64,000 bases of DNA from Amoebidium appalachense. Its lineage: Eukaryota > Protista > Ichthyosporea. The position numbers and the translations under genes are program-made. Positions 1-13,283 of this stretch are shown one piece after another; the stretch's first letter is position 1, and every line of letters starts with the position of its first letter. Below the pieces are notes generated by a model, which ran no database searches, was not told the origin of the DNA, and saw only the letters and a program-made list of their open reading frames with translations. Where the stretch lies: positions 1,557,538 to 1,621,537 of the forward strand of contig CAVNZM010000016.1 in the NCBI GenBank assembly GCA_963693365.1. The letters run 5' to 3'.

Positions 1-169
1 GAGATGGAAATCCTGGTTATCAAGAGTTGAAAATGACAGAGACATTCGGGAATATGAGGGCATAAATTGGCAGTGCATGTCATTGCAGCGGTGCCATGGC
101 AGCGGAGGGGATGGGGATTGGGGGGAGTGGAAGGGGGGGGGGGGGGGGGGGGGTTGAAACAAAACCCAC

Positions 170-320
170 TTGGCAGCCAGGCGTATAGCCTCGTTATCCA
201 GGGCTGAGACGTCACACAGATTCTGCTCGAGAAGATACGTCACAGTGTCGCTATAGCCGTTGGCTGCAGCAAGACGCAGCCCATAGCTATCGTGGGCCTT
301 GGTGTCTGCATTTGTAGGAA

Positions 321-351
<31 letters not shown>

Positions 352-1514
352 GGAGGAGGGAGGGCAGGGTGGGGGGGGTGGGGGGTTAGGGAGAGGAGGG
401 GGGGGGGGGGGGGAGAGGAGGAGGGGGGAGGGGGAAAGGGTGGGGAAGTTAGAATGTGTTATAGAATACAAAGTACACATTCACAACGGACAGCACAATG
501 CAGAGTGCAAACCACACAAAAGGGTATATAAGATTAAGCACGCGGGGGGGGGAGGGGGGAGGAGGATGGATGAAGTGAAGAATTGAGGATGTGGTTGTTA
601 TGTTTGTGGTGGTGGAATGGGCGGGGTGGTGTTGGTGTGTGTGAAGGGGAAGGGCTGTGTGTGTGCGTGTCTGTGGGGGGGGGGGAAGAGAAAGAGTATG
701 CACCATGGGCAGAGCCCATCCCCCAGAAAGAGAGTGCAAGGGGCAGTTGGAGAGGGGGAGGGGGGGGGGGGGGGGGGGGAGGGGGTGTTAGGTATCTCAC
801 CTATTTCAGGCTTCTTCGACAGGAGGAACTTTACCGTCTCCAGATGCCCATTCTCACAGGCAGAACGGAGGCACGTGTCCAGGTCGGCCTCTGCAACTGT
901 GCTGCTGTTTTCTAGAAGTGCCTCCAACACCTCCTTGTGGCCATTGTCTGCCGCCAAGAGAACAGCTGCGTAGCTGTTTGCGGATACACTGACACGACTG
1001 TCGGAGAGAAGAAGCCGAACAATATCTGTGTGGCCGTTTGCTGATGAGCGAATGATTGCGTAGTTGTCTTTGTCTGCTGGGTTAACCTCTGGCCGTTGGA
1101 GTAGGTGCTCAACGACGCCCTTGTTCCCGTTTTCGCATGCCTGTCATAAAATGTCCACTGATTAGTACATGATATAAAGTCGTGACATATTTAAATGTAG
1201 CTCGTTTCATATCTCTCTCATTGCTCAAAACATTGCTCACAACTTCCCTTGCACGTTATCCAGTTTAAATATCACCCCCCCCCCCCCCCCCCTCCTCCTC
1301 TCTTCACCCCCCCTTCCCCCCTCTGCCCACACCGTCTAAATGACACAAAATAAACTTCCCCTACACACACATTCACGACAAAGAATACCTTCCCCGCGTT
1401 CTCCAACAACCTATGGCCGATTTTTTCAACCTCTTTGCCAGTCTTACAAAAGACGTAAACCATGTCCATCATACTGTGCGCCCCCCCCCCCCTCCCCCCC
1501 CCCCCTCCCCCCCT

Positions 1515-1546
<32 letters not shown>

Positions 1547-2907
1547 TTCCCCTCCCTTCAATCGTGCAGAAGAGTTTTAGTTTTGCTTCATACCATGCGG
1601 ATAGCAAAGTTTGACTCCGCAGAAGCATCGATGCCTCCTTTCTCCAGCAGGGCAGCCACAACCTCCGTGCGGCCATTTCTGGACGCCAACTTAATACAGG
1701 CATTGTCGCGTTCACACGGGCTGCATCTGACATTCTCAAGCAGAATTTTTACGATGTCAAGGTGGCCGTTCCAGCAACTCCACCGCAGTGCGTAGTTTTT
1801 GGCTGCCCCAGGGTTGACCGCCTCCTGCTTGAGCAAGTACTCGACCACTTCTTTGTGGCCGTACCTGTAGATTGTGAAGGAAATCAACCCGATGAGTGAC
1901 GAAAGCATACGAAAGAATCTAGATCGAAAATAGTAAAAATGAAATGCTTGGGCTTGTATCCGATTGAAGTGGATTAATTTCCCTTAGCACTTCCAATGTG
2001 GCCGGCACGCTTTTGTTAGTAAGGAGTCTCGAGATCCCGTATAGTTTGACAGGATTAAGCCACCTTCTCTACACCGTCTCAAGAAAGAAGGTTTATACTG
2101 AAAGTACTCTCATGCACACTAGTATATGGGATGATGGAGATGCCGTGCTTAAAAAACTCTGGCAGAAAAAAAGGAGGCACAAACACAGCCATGGCATATT
2201 AGGAGAGAAGATCAAGAAGGTCAAAATATCACGCCACCTATACCCTGGATGTACCGTGCACAGAAAACATGGCCCAAACAAAGATGACAGATGATTCTCT
2301 AAGAAGTTCGCTTAGGATGCACTTCAGAATTGTGTGCAGGAGGGAAAATGGCAACAGGAAACAGCATAAACAGAATACCATAAACGTCGCATTTTCATGG
2401 ATCAACCGGGAAAAACATACACCGCACCAACATGACGAGAAAATCTCTCGCTACACTCAGTCAGTAGATGTATATCATGATTCATAACTCAAGTAACTAT
2501 CCTATTTTCGTCTCTATCCATCAGAAAAACGTAGAAGGGTGCCATACAGCCAAATTTAAAACAAGCCCGGGTTTTTTACTTATGTACGACTGGCTTCATG
2601 TTACCTTGCGGGTTTCAATAAAACCACGAAAAGTGCACTGCCGGGAAAAGCAACAAGGTGCTCACCTGCATGCTAGTCGAAATGACTCGTTATCTCTGGC
2701 TGACACGTCCACATTTGTCTCCTCGATGAGAGCTTCTACAAGCTCCAAGCGCCCATAGCGACATGCGTGCACAAGAGTTTCGCTATTGTTAGCCTTAAAG
2801 TCTGTTCCCTGATCTATCAGATCCTCTAGCTTCTTGATGTCACCTGCCTTACAGATGTGCTTGATTTCATCGAGCAAGTTGCGCTTAGACTTAGTACCAT
2901 CACCCAT
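170..2907 (-). CDS. Ankyrin-repeat protein, 3'-partial (exons 2907-2666, 1864-1594, 1140-801, 305-170; continues beyond the window start)
   Basis: Four exons with GT/AG boundaries and consistent phases give repeated ankyrin motifs: ACRYGRLELVEALI, CWNGHLDIVKILL, ASRNGRTEVVAALL, ACENGNKGVVEHLL, AADNGHKEVLEALL, ACENGHLETVKFLL, AAANGYSDTVTYLL. Confidence 0.92.
451..541 (-). repeat. Dispersed ~100-bp intronic repeat, family R (ankyrin intron 3)
   Basis: + strand reads agaatgtgttatagaatacaaagtacacattcacaacggacagcacaatgcagagtgcaaaccacacaaa, similar to copies near 43145, 48076, 54719 and 55841; flanked by G-runs. Confidence 0.8.
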
Positions 2908-2936
2908 TTTGTTGTTTCTTCGGCACAGTTGGGTGA

Positions 2937-2994
2937 TGATCAGTTAAAGCCCTATGTCTTGCCTCTGATCAGTTAAAGCCCTATGTCTTGCCTC
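2937..2994. repeat. Perfect 29-bp tandem duplication just upstream of the ankyrin ATG
   Basis: tgatcagttaaagccctatgtcttgcctc occurs twice, head to tail. Confidence 0.9.
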
Positions 2995-3277
2995 AGATGT
3001 TGGTGGTTTTGCGTGCTACCTACACAGGTAGATCTGCTAAGTCCAAAATGGTGCTCTGTACTTTCGAGTGTTCATGCCCTTTCTTGGCTTGAACTTCTAA
3101 GAGCTTCGTTTACTATTAGCAAGAGCCTTACTCAAACTTTATAATCTTTTCAAAACTCATTCAAGGCACACCTTGCTTCGTTTTTGAAGGTTCGCACGGA
3201 GCTCGAAGATAGGTGAAGGGTTGCGTGAGGCTCAAAAACTTGGTGGTGCGTGAGAGAAAATGATTCGCCACAAGTCA

Positions 3278-3480
3278 TTTTCGCGCGGTGCGGATTTGAC
3301 CAATGGCAAAGAGGCTAATGACGTCACGGGGGGCTGTTGTGAAGTTGCCTTTTTTGGTAGTTGTGAGCCCCCGCGGCTCAGTGACGTCACGTCTGTGAGC
3401 TGAGCATGCAGGCTGAGCCGGTTCGAGAGAGCTATAATGCACCTGCACTATCATAACTTGTACAACGTTTCGGCCAATAA
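3278..3480. promoter_or_regulatory. Probable bidirectional promoter between the divergent ankyrin and F-box genes
   Basis: Two perfect CRE palindromes TGACGTCA (3319-3326, 3382-3389), CCAAT boxes (~3300, ~3475) and E2F-like TTTTCGCGCG (3278-3287) in a repeat-free stretch. Confidence 0.5.
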
Positions 3481-4223
3481 CTTAGGTTAGAAAAAAGATT
3501 TTTTCAAGCGGAGACCGGCAAATTGATCAGCGCCCGAAGTTACGCAAGGAACTGTAGCTAACTCAATATTTATCATATATGGTTATTTTTTCACTTTTTT
3601 TGCGTTAAAATCAGTCGGGTTTGCCCGGACCTTGTTCGAGCCTGCGCGCGGCACAACTTTTTTTGGTGAAAAAAAGATTTATTCAAAAATATAACCCAGA
3701 AGATCGCAAGATCTATTTGAGCTGAGTCGATTGCCGTAGTTTTCATTTTCCGCCAATTAGTAAATGTTTTTCACATTTTTCTCAGGAAAGAAAAACGATA
3801 TCAAAATTTTGACCGGGGAATATCTTTGTCTTGTCGAGCTCTATTGATAGACACCTTTTCCACCCGCGTAGCATTCCAATAGGGATTATGGTAAGCGATC
3901 GAAAGTCATGATGGCCAAGACAGGTGTATAGACCCGGTGCATCAGTAGATCTAGAAAGAGAGATTGTTTTTGGAGGAGGTAAACTCCGTATACGGTGGTT
4001 TTTTCTCAGCCTATCGATATCATATGGTTTACTTAAGGTACATAGTATGGGAAAAGGCTTAGTAATAACGAAAGGGGACTTGTGATACAGTGATTTGTTC
4101 TTACGTCTAGGTGCTGGGCAGGAACCATCAGGATCATCGGCGAGAAGGAGTCTACTCAGTACTCCCATCCTCGTCTCTTTTCTTTTTGTTTTCTTCTCTA
4201 GCCAGCCTTCGTGTAAAAAGAAA

Positions 4224-4931
4224 ATGGATGTGAGAAAAGACCACGAGCCATTCACACCACTACCCCAGAGTTTGAACTGGGAAACAGCCTTTATTCTGGG
4301 TCCAGACAACGAAGTAATTGAAGGGATTCTTGACGACCCATGTGCACACCTACCTCCAGAGATAGTACACCACATATTCATGTTTGTGGCAGACATAAAG
4401 ACGCTCTCAACATGCAGACTGGTACGTGTCGAATCCCTTTAATTTGCGGCGTTCGTTTTTCCTAGTTAACTTCCCCTTTTAATCAATTTCCGTGGCTCTC
4501 TGCGTCTAAGCCATGATCACCACTTCCACATGCTGCACGCATGGAGAAAGTGGTACCTTGTTAAGCTGACGAGTAGTTGCTTCCATACATATTCAAAATC
4601 ACTCCACAAAAAGTGGTACTTAGGCTAACTGTTGATTTGCTTCTAGGGCCCGCGCAAATTCTCACTATTTTTAGCAGTAATAAGCATAGTCACTAGATTA
4701 TACTTGCACGTGCACTCACGTCCAAACACCTCTAAACACAGTTACTGTTCAACCATCGACACCGGTCATGTACAACACGTAAATTCACTCCCGACAGCAT
4801 CATTTATCCATCATCTACTTTCTCGGCATGCACATCTGCATATTTAAAGGCACACACTCCAGCTTGTGGTCAGGCCCCATATGTGCAATATGCTTTCTTA
4901 TGATCTCCCCCCCCTCCCCCCCCTCCTCCCC

Positions 4932-4964
<33 letters not shown>

Positions 4965-5266
4965 TTCTCCCCCCCTCCCCTGGGCCCCCCGTGCGGTTGT
5001 TGTGTTTGTACGGGTTTGTGTGTAGTAGCAGGGGTACCATGTTTCGTGGCCATTTCTTGTGTATCCTTGTCCTGATTGCCCGAATTTCGTACTGCGAGAT
5101 GAAATAACTCTGTTGAGGTAGTTCGTATTTGGAAAGATGATATAAACCTGTATATTTTTGGAAGCTTTCTGCGTAAACTATCTTTGAATGTCTTTCTCTA
5201 ATATCTACACACACACGCACACACGCACATGCACACACGTGTACATTTGTGCGCACACGCACGCAC

Positions 5267-5309
<43 letters not shown>

Positions 5310-5991
5310 CACACACACGGCCACATACACACACGGGACAGCACAGGCTCATGCATCCCATTATATGATAACACATGTCCACAACCATGCTTGCACACAC
5401 ACATACACACGCACGCACACACATACACACAACACGTACACCCAATCCCTCAAAACCAGGTTTCCCGACTGTGGAATGAATTTGCCAGCGATGAAAAGCT
5501 GTGGAAAAAAGCAGCCGCCAACCTATGGAAAGGCAAGGTACTGTTTTTGATTGCCTCCTTTTTGTCGATGAATACGGGCTTGCATTCTTATTTTTTTTTT
5601 TTGCATGATAGTTATATGTGGCACAGAGTAAGCACCTACATAAAGAGGGTTGCATATCAACCATCAGCCCCCCCTTTATTGCTTTTTTTTTTTTTTAACC
5701 GTTTTTGGTATGTGGTAGGGGTGGGGGGAGGTGGGGGGGGGGGGGGGGGCGGGGGCGGAGGGGAGGGAGAAAGAAGAGGAAGATTGGTTGTTGTTTCTTG
5801 CTTTCCCTTTTTTTCCTTTTTGGCGTTGGTTTTTTATTTGTTGTGTGTTAATTTAATTGTTGTTGTCGTCGTCATTATCATTGTTATGGCTTTTTTTTTT
5901 TGGAGGGGGGGGGGGGGGGGGGAGGGAGGGAGGGAGGGAGGGGGAAGGGGGGAGCATTATTTGCGGCCGTACTCCTTCCCCCCCCCTTCCC

Positions 5992-6025
<34 letters not shown>

Positions 6026-6828
6026 CCCCTCTCTCCCTCTCCTTCCCTCTCACTCTCTTTCCCCCTCCCCCCCCCCCCCCCTCCCCCCCCCCCCCCCCCC
6101 CCCCCCCCGGCCTCCCCCTCCCTCCCTCCCCTCCCCCCACCCCTCCCTCCCTCCCTCTTCCCTCCACTCCCCCCCCCCCCCCCCCCGGCGCCCCCCTCTT
6201 TGTTGTGTGAAACGGGTGCGTGTGCCCACCCGTTTCTGTTCTGTTGGAAGTTTTTGTGGTTACATGTTTTGCACTACCACAAAAATTGCAGCATCTCCAC
6301 CGTATTTCTGAACCAATCGGTGCAAGGCAATTCTTTGAGATGCGATTGGTTGGTGGCTTGATTCTTAACAGTCAATTTCTGAGTGAAGAAAACGTTTCCT
6401 ATATAGATTTCCCTCGGGCGACCAATCATATGACTGCAAAAAGCCGATTGGTTCAGAAAGATGGTGGAAGCACTGTGGGATGTCAGGTGGAAGGGCTCAC
6501 CTACACGTTCCTTCCTAAGGAACGCTTTTAATAAAACAGGAAAGTGTTTCGATTTTTGCTCGGGCAGTGTGAGTAGTAGAACAGCTGGCTTTTATCTATG
6601 TTTGGCGAAGGAAAGATGGGAGGTTTTCCGTTTGATAATATCGGCGATGGCAGCATAGGAAGTTTCTTTTATGTGTTTGCGTGGGCATGTCCTATGTGTT
6701 ATGCGTGTGCGATTCCGTTTGGTTTAATTGTTTGTCATGCCTTATTGACATATACCTCCATCCACTCTTCTCTCCGTATCTACAGCCCCCCCCCCCCCCC
6801 CCCCCCGCCCCCCGCCCTCCCCCCCCCC

Positions 6829-6859
<31 letters not shown>

Positions 6860-7100
6860 ACACACACAAGCAGGCATGCAGGCACACACACACACACACT
6901 CACACACTCACCCACACACACACGCACACACGCACTCACACACGCGCGCATACACGCACATGCACACACACAGGCACACGCACAATTTAATGCATAACCT
7001 CCCCTTCTCGCCCTCCGTCGTCCTCCCCCTCCTCCCCCATCCCCCCTAAACCCCCGCCCTTGCTCTCTCCCCCTTCCCCCCTCGCTCCCCCCCCCCCCCC

Positions 7101-7146
<46 letters not shown>

Positions 7147-8556
7147 ACCATCGCCACCACCATATTATCCACAACCCACATCAGGTATACGTCCCAGACC
7201 CCATCATCTCCATGGCGTTTAGTGGCCGTGCAAGGGAGGCATGCCGCCTCTCTCTAGCAGACTCTGAGCGTAGCGCCATCACAGCGGAGGAGCTGTGTTC
7301 GTTTGTGTGGCCGTTTCACTTTGTGCACAGCATCACAGAGTCGCTGGATGAGTGTGATCCCTGGTATGTCACCGCCTACCCTACCCTCTTTGTAACCTTT
7401 TTATGTATATTAAAGCATCATTCATAGTCATATGTTTATTTATATTTTTTGTGCTGTGGCTCTTACTCACTCGAATCTGCTTTACCCTGGAGTGCACACT
7501 TCTCCCATCTCCCCTCTCCCCCCCCCCCCCCCCCCCCCCCCCTTCCCCACTTACCTTTCCACTCTTTCTGTTTTTCCTCTCCCTCCCTTCGTATGTTCAA
7601 TCCACCTTATGTTATTGTTACATTATTGTGATGTCGTGTGTTATTATTTTTGTGGCATTCGGTGTATGTTCGGATCTACTTTTACCTTGCTGATGCATTC
7701 ATCCCCCCACCCCACCCCACCCCTCATCCCGCTCTCTCCCTCCCCCTCCCCCCCCCCCCCCCGACCCCTCTGGGGGTGTGACTCTTCCCACGTCCATTCG
7801 CTTTCCTTCTTTCGTTTCTACCCCCTTGGTCGTTGCTATTATAACAACCTAAATTATTAATTCAACAAGGATAAGAACATTTCGTAACCGCCTGTACTTG
7901 TGTTTGTAAAGGCACGCATTCACATACGAAATTCTCCTTGTAGGATTTGCCCAGGGCAGTGGGACGTTCAGTTTCTGCCTGATGGCACCCTTCTTCGCGA
8001 GGGATTCGACATCAACCTCAGATGGTATGTTTTCATTTCCTGCACATTCATCTGAATCATCCACGTGTTGGCTTGTAAAGCATTTCACTGACATGTGATT
8101 ACAAGTTCTAATTGTGTCGAGATCACTGTTCAAACATTCTGCACATTTTGTCTTCGGCTTTTGCACAGGATGGTTGCTCAGAGCCACACACACTCTCACT
8201 CACACACACGCACACACTCTCTCCCTCTCTCCCTCCCTCCCTCCCTCCCTCCCTCCCTCCCTCCCTCCCTCCCTCCCCCCCCCCCCCCCCCCCCCCCCCC
8301 TCCCTCCCTCCCTCCCTCCCTCCCTCCCTCCCTCTCACTCACTCCGTCCCACCCTCCCTCCCTGCCTCCTCCGTCCCTCCATCCCTGCCTCCTCCCTTCT
8401 TATCCTACCCCCTCTCTTTTCGTCTATTTTTCTCGCTCTCCCCCCTCTAAATTTTCTTTTTTACCCTCTTCTTCCTTCTCCTTCCCTTGTTTCCTGCCCT
8501 CCTCCCTTTTCCCCCCCTCTCCCGCTCTTGAACCCCCCCCCCCCCTTCCCCCCCCC

Positions 8557-8601
<45 letters not shown>

Positions 8602-9217
8602 CCCTCGAGAAATATTGCTGACCAATGATTTTACTTTTTTTCATTTTCTTTCTTTTCTTTTTTTTCTTTCTTTTCTTCTTCTTCTTCTTCTTCTTCTTCT
8701 TCTTCTTCTTCTTCTTCTTCTTCTTCTTTTTTAACGGGAACAGGCGTTTTGTGGATCTATCGCTGGAAAACAACGACTGTGGACCCTACGTGCGTGTGAA
8801 CAACTACCCTACTCTGACGGTCAGCCGCCATCCAAACTGGGGCTTTATAATGAGGGTAGGTGTATGTTGATTTTCTCCTGTGCTAAAAGAATGCTGCTAA
8901 TATGGCGGTTAAAAAAGGTGAGCGATGCGGGATGTAGAAGAGTACGTTCACAGTTTCTCCTGGTTATTTATGTAACCTTTTAGAAAGCTGCTGACGGGGA
9001 CGGTAGATATCATAGGGTCCTTTCTCGTTCTTTCTTTGGGATCATTGCACTTTATTGGCCGCTCCCTCCGGCCAATCCGGAAACACAACATGTGCCCCAT
9101 ATTAATGATATATGTACATCATAAGACAGACGGGAGCCACCCCTTATTCATGGTACCTACTACACGGCCACGGCCGCTAAAGCCACACACCTTACAGACA
9201 CAGTATCTAAGACAGCT

Positions 9218-9254
<37 letters not shown>

Positions 9255-9855
9255 AAGAGAGAAAGAAAGAAAGGAAGAAAGAATAGAAGCCAATTAACCA
9301 GGTTGAGAGGGTGGTTGACAATGATGGTAAAGTGTTTTGCAGGGTGACGAGAAGTGGATAGGTGGGTGAGGAGTGTGGAAGAAAAGGAGGCTCGGGTGGC
9401 TAACGGAACAAAGGGAAACACAATACACCGGCCCACACAGCTACGGCACCAAGGGTGTGACCCACTAGGGCCCCACCGTCTAGGAAAAATCAGGAACCGA
9501 TTACCACGCCATTGAAGAGACCACTGTGCTAGTAAAGCACTAGGGAAACCCACGATACTATCAGCTAGAGACCGTTTTTCACGGGCCTGTGGAGCAAACA
9601 TATTGCACTAACGGTTTGTGTAAGCGGGTGCTTGCGTTAAATGTGGTGGAGATGCGTGTTTTGTGTTGTGCGTGTAAAAACCGGTCCACGCGGGTGTGTA
9701 GGAGGGGAGTGTCGTGAAGGTTGGGATGGGGTGGGAGTGTAGTGCAGTAAGTCTTAAAGGCACGTTCTTTCTTTCAGAGTCTTTTCTTCTTCTACTTTTT
9801 TTTTTTTTGCTTGTGTTGTGTCTTTTGTTTTCTTTCCCCTTATTTTTTTTTTTTG

Positions 9856-9892
<37 letters not shown>

Positions 9893-10196
9893 AACCGTTG
9901 GCCACTGGGTTTTTGGTTATAGGATCGAAGAACAGTTGAGAAATAACGTCCTAGCATGTCCATACACCAACATATGCATGCACGCACGGGCGCATGCATG
10001 GGCGTACACGCGCACACAAATTCAGTATTAATTTTATTGACACCCACATTCCTCCGCTCCTCCCTCCCCCCTCTCTCCCACCCACCCTCCCCCCCCCCCC
10101 CCCCCCCCCACTCTCTCCCTCGCTCCTTGTTCCCCCCCCCCCCCCTCCCCTCTCTCCCTCGCTCCCCGTCCCCCCCCCCCCCCCCCCATCTACCCC

Positions 10197-10254
<58 letters not shown>

Positions 10255-10311
10255 CTTGGTGGTGTGCAGAATGGATGGGTGGTGATGGGTGGTGTACTCG
10301 CGTGCAAGTAG
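4224..10311 (+). CDS. F-box protein, ~229 aa (exons 4224-4421, 5460-5537, 7185-7363, 7944-8024, 8744-8855, 10270-10311)
   Basis: F-box motif [23 protein letters not shown]|[16 protein letters not shown] spans exons 1-2. C-terminal domain reads [60 protein letters not shown]. All phases are consistent; the last exon is the least certain. Confidence 0.85.
6289..6475. mobile_element. Tc1/mariner-type MITE, decayed copy (F-box intron 2)
   Basis: 187 bp, reverse-complement homolog of 24094-24280. Imperfect TIRs (cagcatctccaccgtatttctgaaccaatcgg / ccgattggttcagaaagatggtggaagcactg), flanked by TG on both sides. Confidence 0.75.
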
Positions 10312-11259
10312 CTGGGAACGGCAAACAACGGCGGCTTTAAGGTTCCTAAACCACAGTGTCGGCATGACATACCTTATTTGGTAAAAACCCAAATATGGGA
10401 CATCGCCATATTTAGACAAAACCAATCCATGCGCTCGGTTTCATTAACGATGGGCTCGGTCGCGTGATAGCACTCACAAGCGACGTGGCCGGTGACGTTA
10501 TATACTGGTGTCATGTGGGTCATACTCCCGTCAGTATGACGTCATACCATGAAAAGCATGCTTGGGCCTTAATTGACGAGTGTCACACAAAGGATTTTTG
10601 CCTTATGTTCGGTGGTGATCAAGTTGTAATGGGTAGCCGTCAATATTAGCGATGGTGACACACACCCAGGAATTGTACACGCAGTAGATAGCTATATATG
10701 CTACATATGTCATGGGATATGGATGTGAATCTGGAACCTACTAGAAAAGGAATTGTATATATTTCTTAGGCAGGGGTGCTGCTACGATAGAGGTACGTAA
10801 GGGCAGTGCCTCAGGAAATTCTGGTAACAGGGTTTGTATTGGATCAGAGGAAAACTTATCATGTTGTCATGTTGCGTGTGTACAATACAGGGATAGGGTA
10901 ATGCTACCTGCAAGGTAAAGCTGGTGTTCTCTCGTTTTCTTACAGGATGGCTAGGTAGAGATGGAGTGAGGTTATATTTGTATGGATTACGATAACTTGC
11001 GATAACGATAAGTGGTGGTGTGGTGGTTTTGGTGGGTGGGAGGGGGGGGGGGGGGGAGGGGGGGGGGGGGGGGGGAGAGGGGGGGAGGGGGGGGGGGGGG
11101 GGGGATGGTCCGGAGGGATGGGCGCAAGTAAATCATTATGATAAGAAACATAAGTTGCAATTGTTCCAAAGCGCACACTGGCATCGGATGTGGATATGTA
11201 TGCTGTACCTTTTTTTTTTTTTTTTTTTTTTCGTATGTGTGTGTGTATGTGTGTGTGCA

Positions 11260-11320
<61 letters not shown>

Positions 11321-12187
11321 TTTTGGGGGGGAGGGGGAGGGGGGATTATCCACCAGCCAATCATCTCCCCCCCCCCCCCCCCCCCCCCCCTTCCCCCTTC
11401 ACAACCAACCAACCAACCAAGCAACAAAGAAAATGACGGTGAAGCTGCCTAAAGTGTCCTGTGCCTGCGCCATTGTTTTAGTTTGTGTGCGGATATTTGT
11501 TTCTTACAGTTTTTGGACAGTTTTTAAATCCCATGTCTGGTAGCTAGCCTCAGTCTCAGTCTGACTGCGGCACACCTCCATACCTTCCCAGTTTCAAAGC
11601 GACACGTACAAATATAATACGTGCATGCAAACAGTGATGCACACGTTTTATGCAGGCATGCGCGACCTGCAGCTATGTGCATATATAACACGGTATCTTT
11701 TTTTTAAAAGTTGTGCGCCTGTACCTATAGGGCTATTACATGTGTAGGTGAACAACGTTGGGTCCCCATTTCTTTCCCCAATGGCCCCTTGAATATCACA
11801 TCGCTATATGATGTCACTAATTGGAAGATCAGAAGCTGCTTTTTCAACATGATCCCAAACACTTCCCCCCCCCCCCCCCCCCCCCACCCCCCCCGGCCCC
11901 CACCCCCTCCACCGCCTGAGGTGCGAGCATCAATTAAGCCGTTGCAAGGAGAGCGACCTTTTCAAGCACAAAGCCCATGTATGCATCACAGTGCGTCATG
12001 TGGGGGAATCCTGTGCACGTGCCTCATTCAACTGAATTTGGTCCAGGAGATATTCGACTCTTTCAACGTTTCGAACATGGCTTTTTAACCTGTGCATGCA
12101 TTGTTAGCCTCGTGACCAAATATTCAACGGTGTGTGTGTGTGTGTGTGTGGGTGGGTGGGTGTGGGTGTGTATGTGTGTGTTTAACC

Positions 12188-12218
<31 letters not shown>

Positions 12219-13026
12219 GGGGGGGAGGGGAGGGGGGGGAGGGGAGGGGAGGGGAGCCAACGTACGGGGGGAGGGAGGGAGGGGAGGGGAGGGGGGAGGG
12301 GAGGGGAGGGGGCTGGAGGGGGGGAGGGGGTGGGAGAGTGAGGGAAGGGGAGGGGGAGGTCACCGTGGCGGGGGACGAGGGAAGGGAGAGAGGAGGGGAG
12401 GGGGAAGAGAGACTAATGATTTGCTCCTCTTCGAGGCCCTCCCCCCCCCCCCCCCCCCCCCCCCCCTCCCCCTCCTCCCTCCCCATTCCCCCTGGATCCA
12501 ACGCTGCCACCACAGGTTTCGAGCTCAATACCCCCACGGTCACACACGTGCGAGAGTCCTAAGCCTTGCAAAAACGCCATTCCGTCTGAGCTCCCCAAGG
12601 CTTACAACAGCACTTGCTTCTAGATCTGCATAGGCTAAGAAAGTTTTCGTACGCTGTTTTTTTTATTACTTATTTTCTCTGTTGCCGTTTCACCAGACAA
12701 CGAGTTCAAGAATACAAGATCCCTGTATAGGAAATTAGCTAATTTTAAATTGCATAACAATAGCTTCCTTACATTTACACGTAAGCAGATATACGCATTC
12801 TTATACCATGTCATGCAGTCTGCATCACATTAATTTTCCAGCTTCGAAACGTTTACCTACCGCACCAAAAATCGTGCGAGAATTTCACCACGTCGGCACC
12901 CGACGATGTCCACCACTGCTCGGACACAAGCATCATCAGGGCAGAGTTGAACAGGAGCCCACACTAACTCACAGCTCGAACTAACTTACAGCTCGAACTT
13001 TTGTGCCCCTTGCGAGTATGATGAAC

Positions 13027-13062
<36 letters not shown>

Positions 13063-13249
13063 TGCAATCCCACCCCAAAGCAAAAACACACAACAAAAAA
13101 TGCGCTCTACACACACACAATCGGGCGTGCGGCACACACGGTGACACACATACAGCTGCCTGCCTGACCCGGCCCGGCCCCCGGCCCCTCCTCCGCCCAC
13201 GCTCTGTGGCACACACACGCAACGTAAATTCGCGCGCACACAAACGCCT

Positions 13250-13283
<34 letters not shown>

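Noticed and set aside
449-541. Hydrophobic peptide VWFALCIVLSVVNVYFVF recurring in family R copies as a possible small membrane protein
   Set aside because: Frames, starts and stops are not conserved between copies, and T/G-rich sequence gives hydrophobic translations by default.
3782-4396. 204-aa minus-strand ORF with a faint FRSLTII resemblance to RT FRPI
   Set aside because: It overlaps F-box exon 1 antisense and has no other RT motifs or recognisable domain.
12500-12615. tRNA-like ends on the minus strand (gctgttg..gctcgaaacctg..tggcagcg)
   Set aside because: No convincing D or anticodon arms and the B-box is imperfect.
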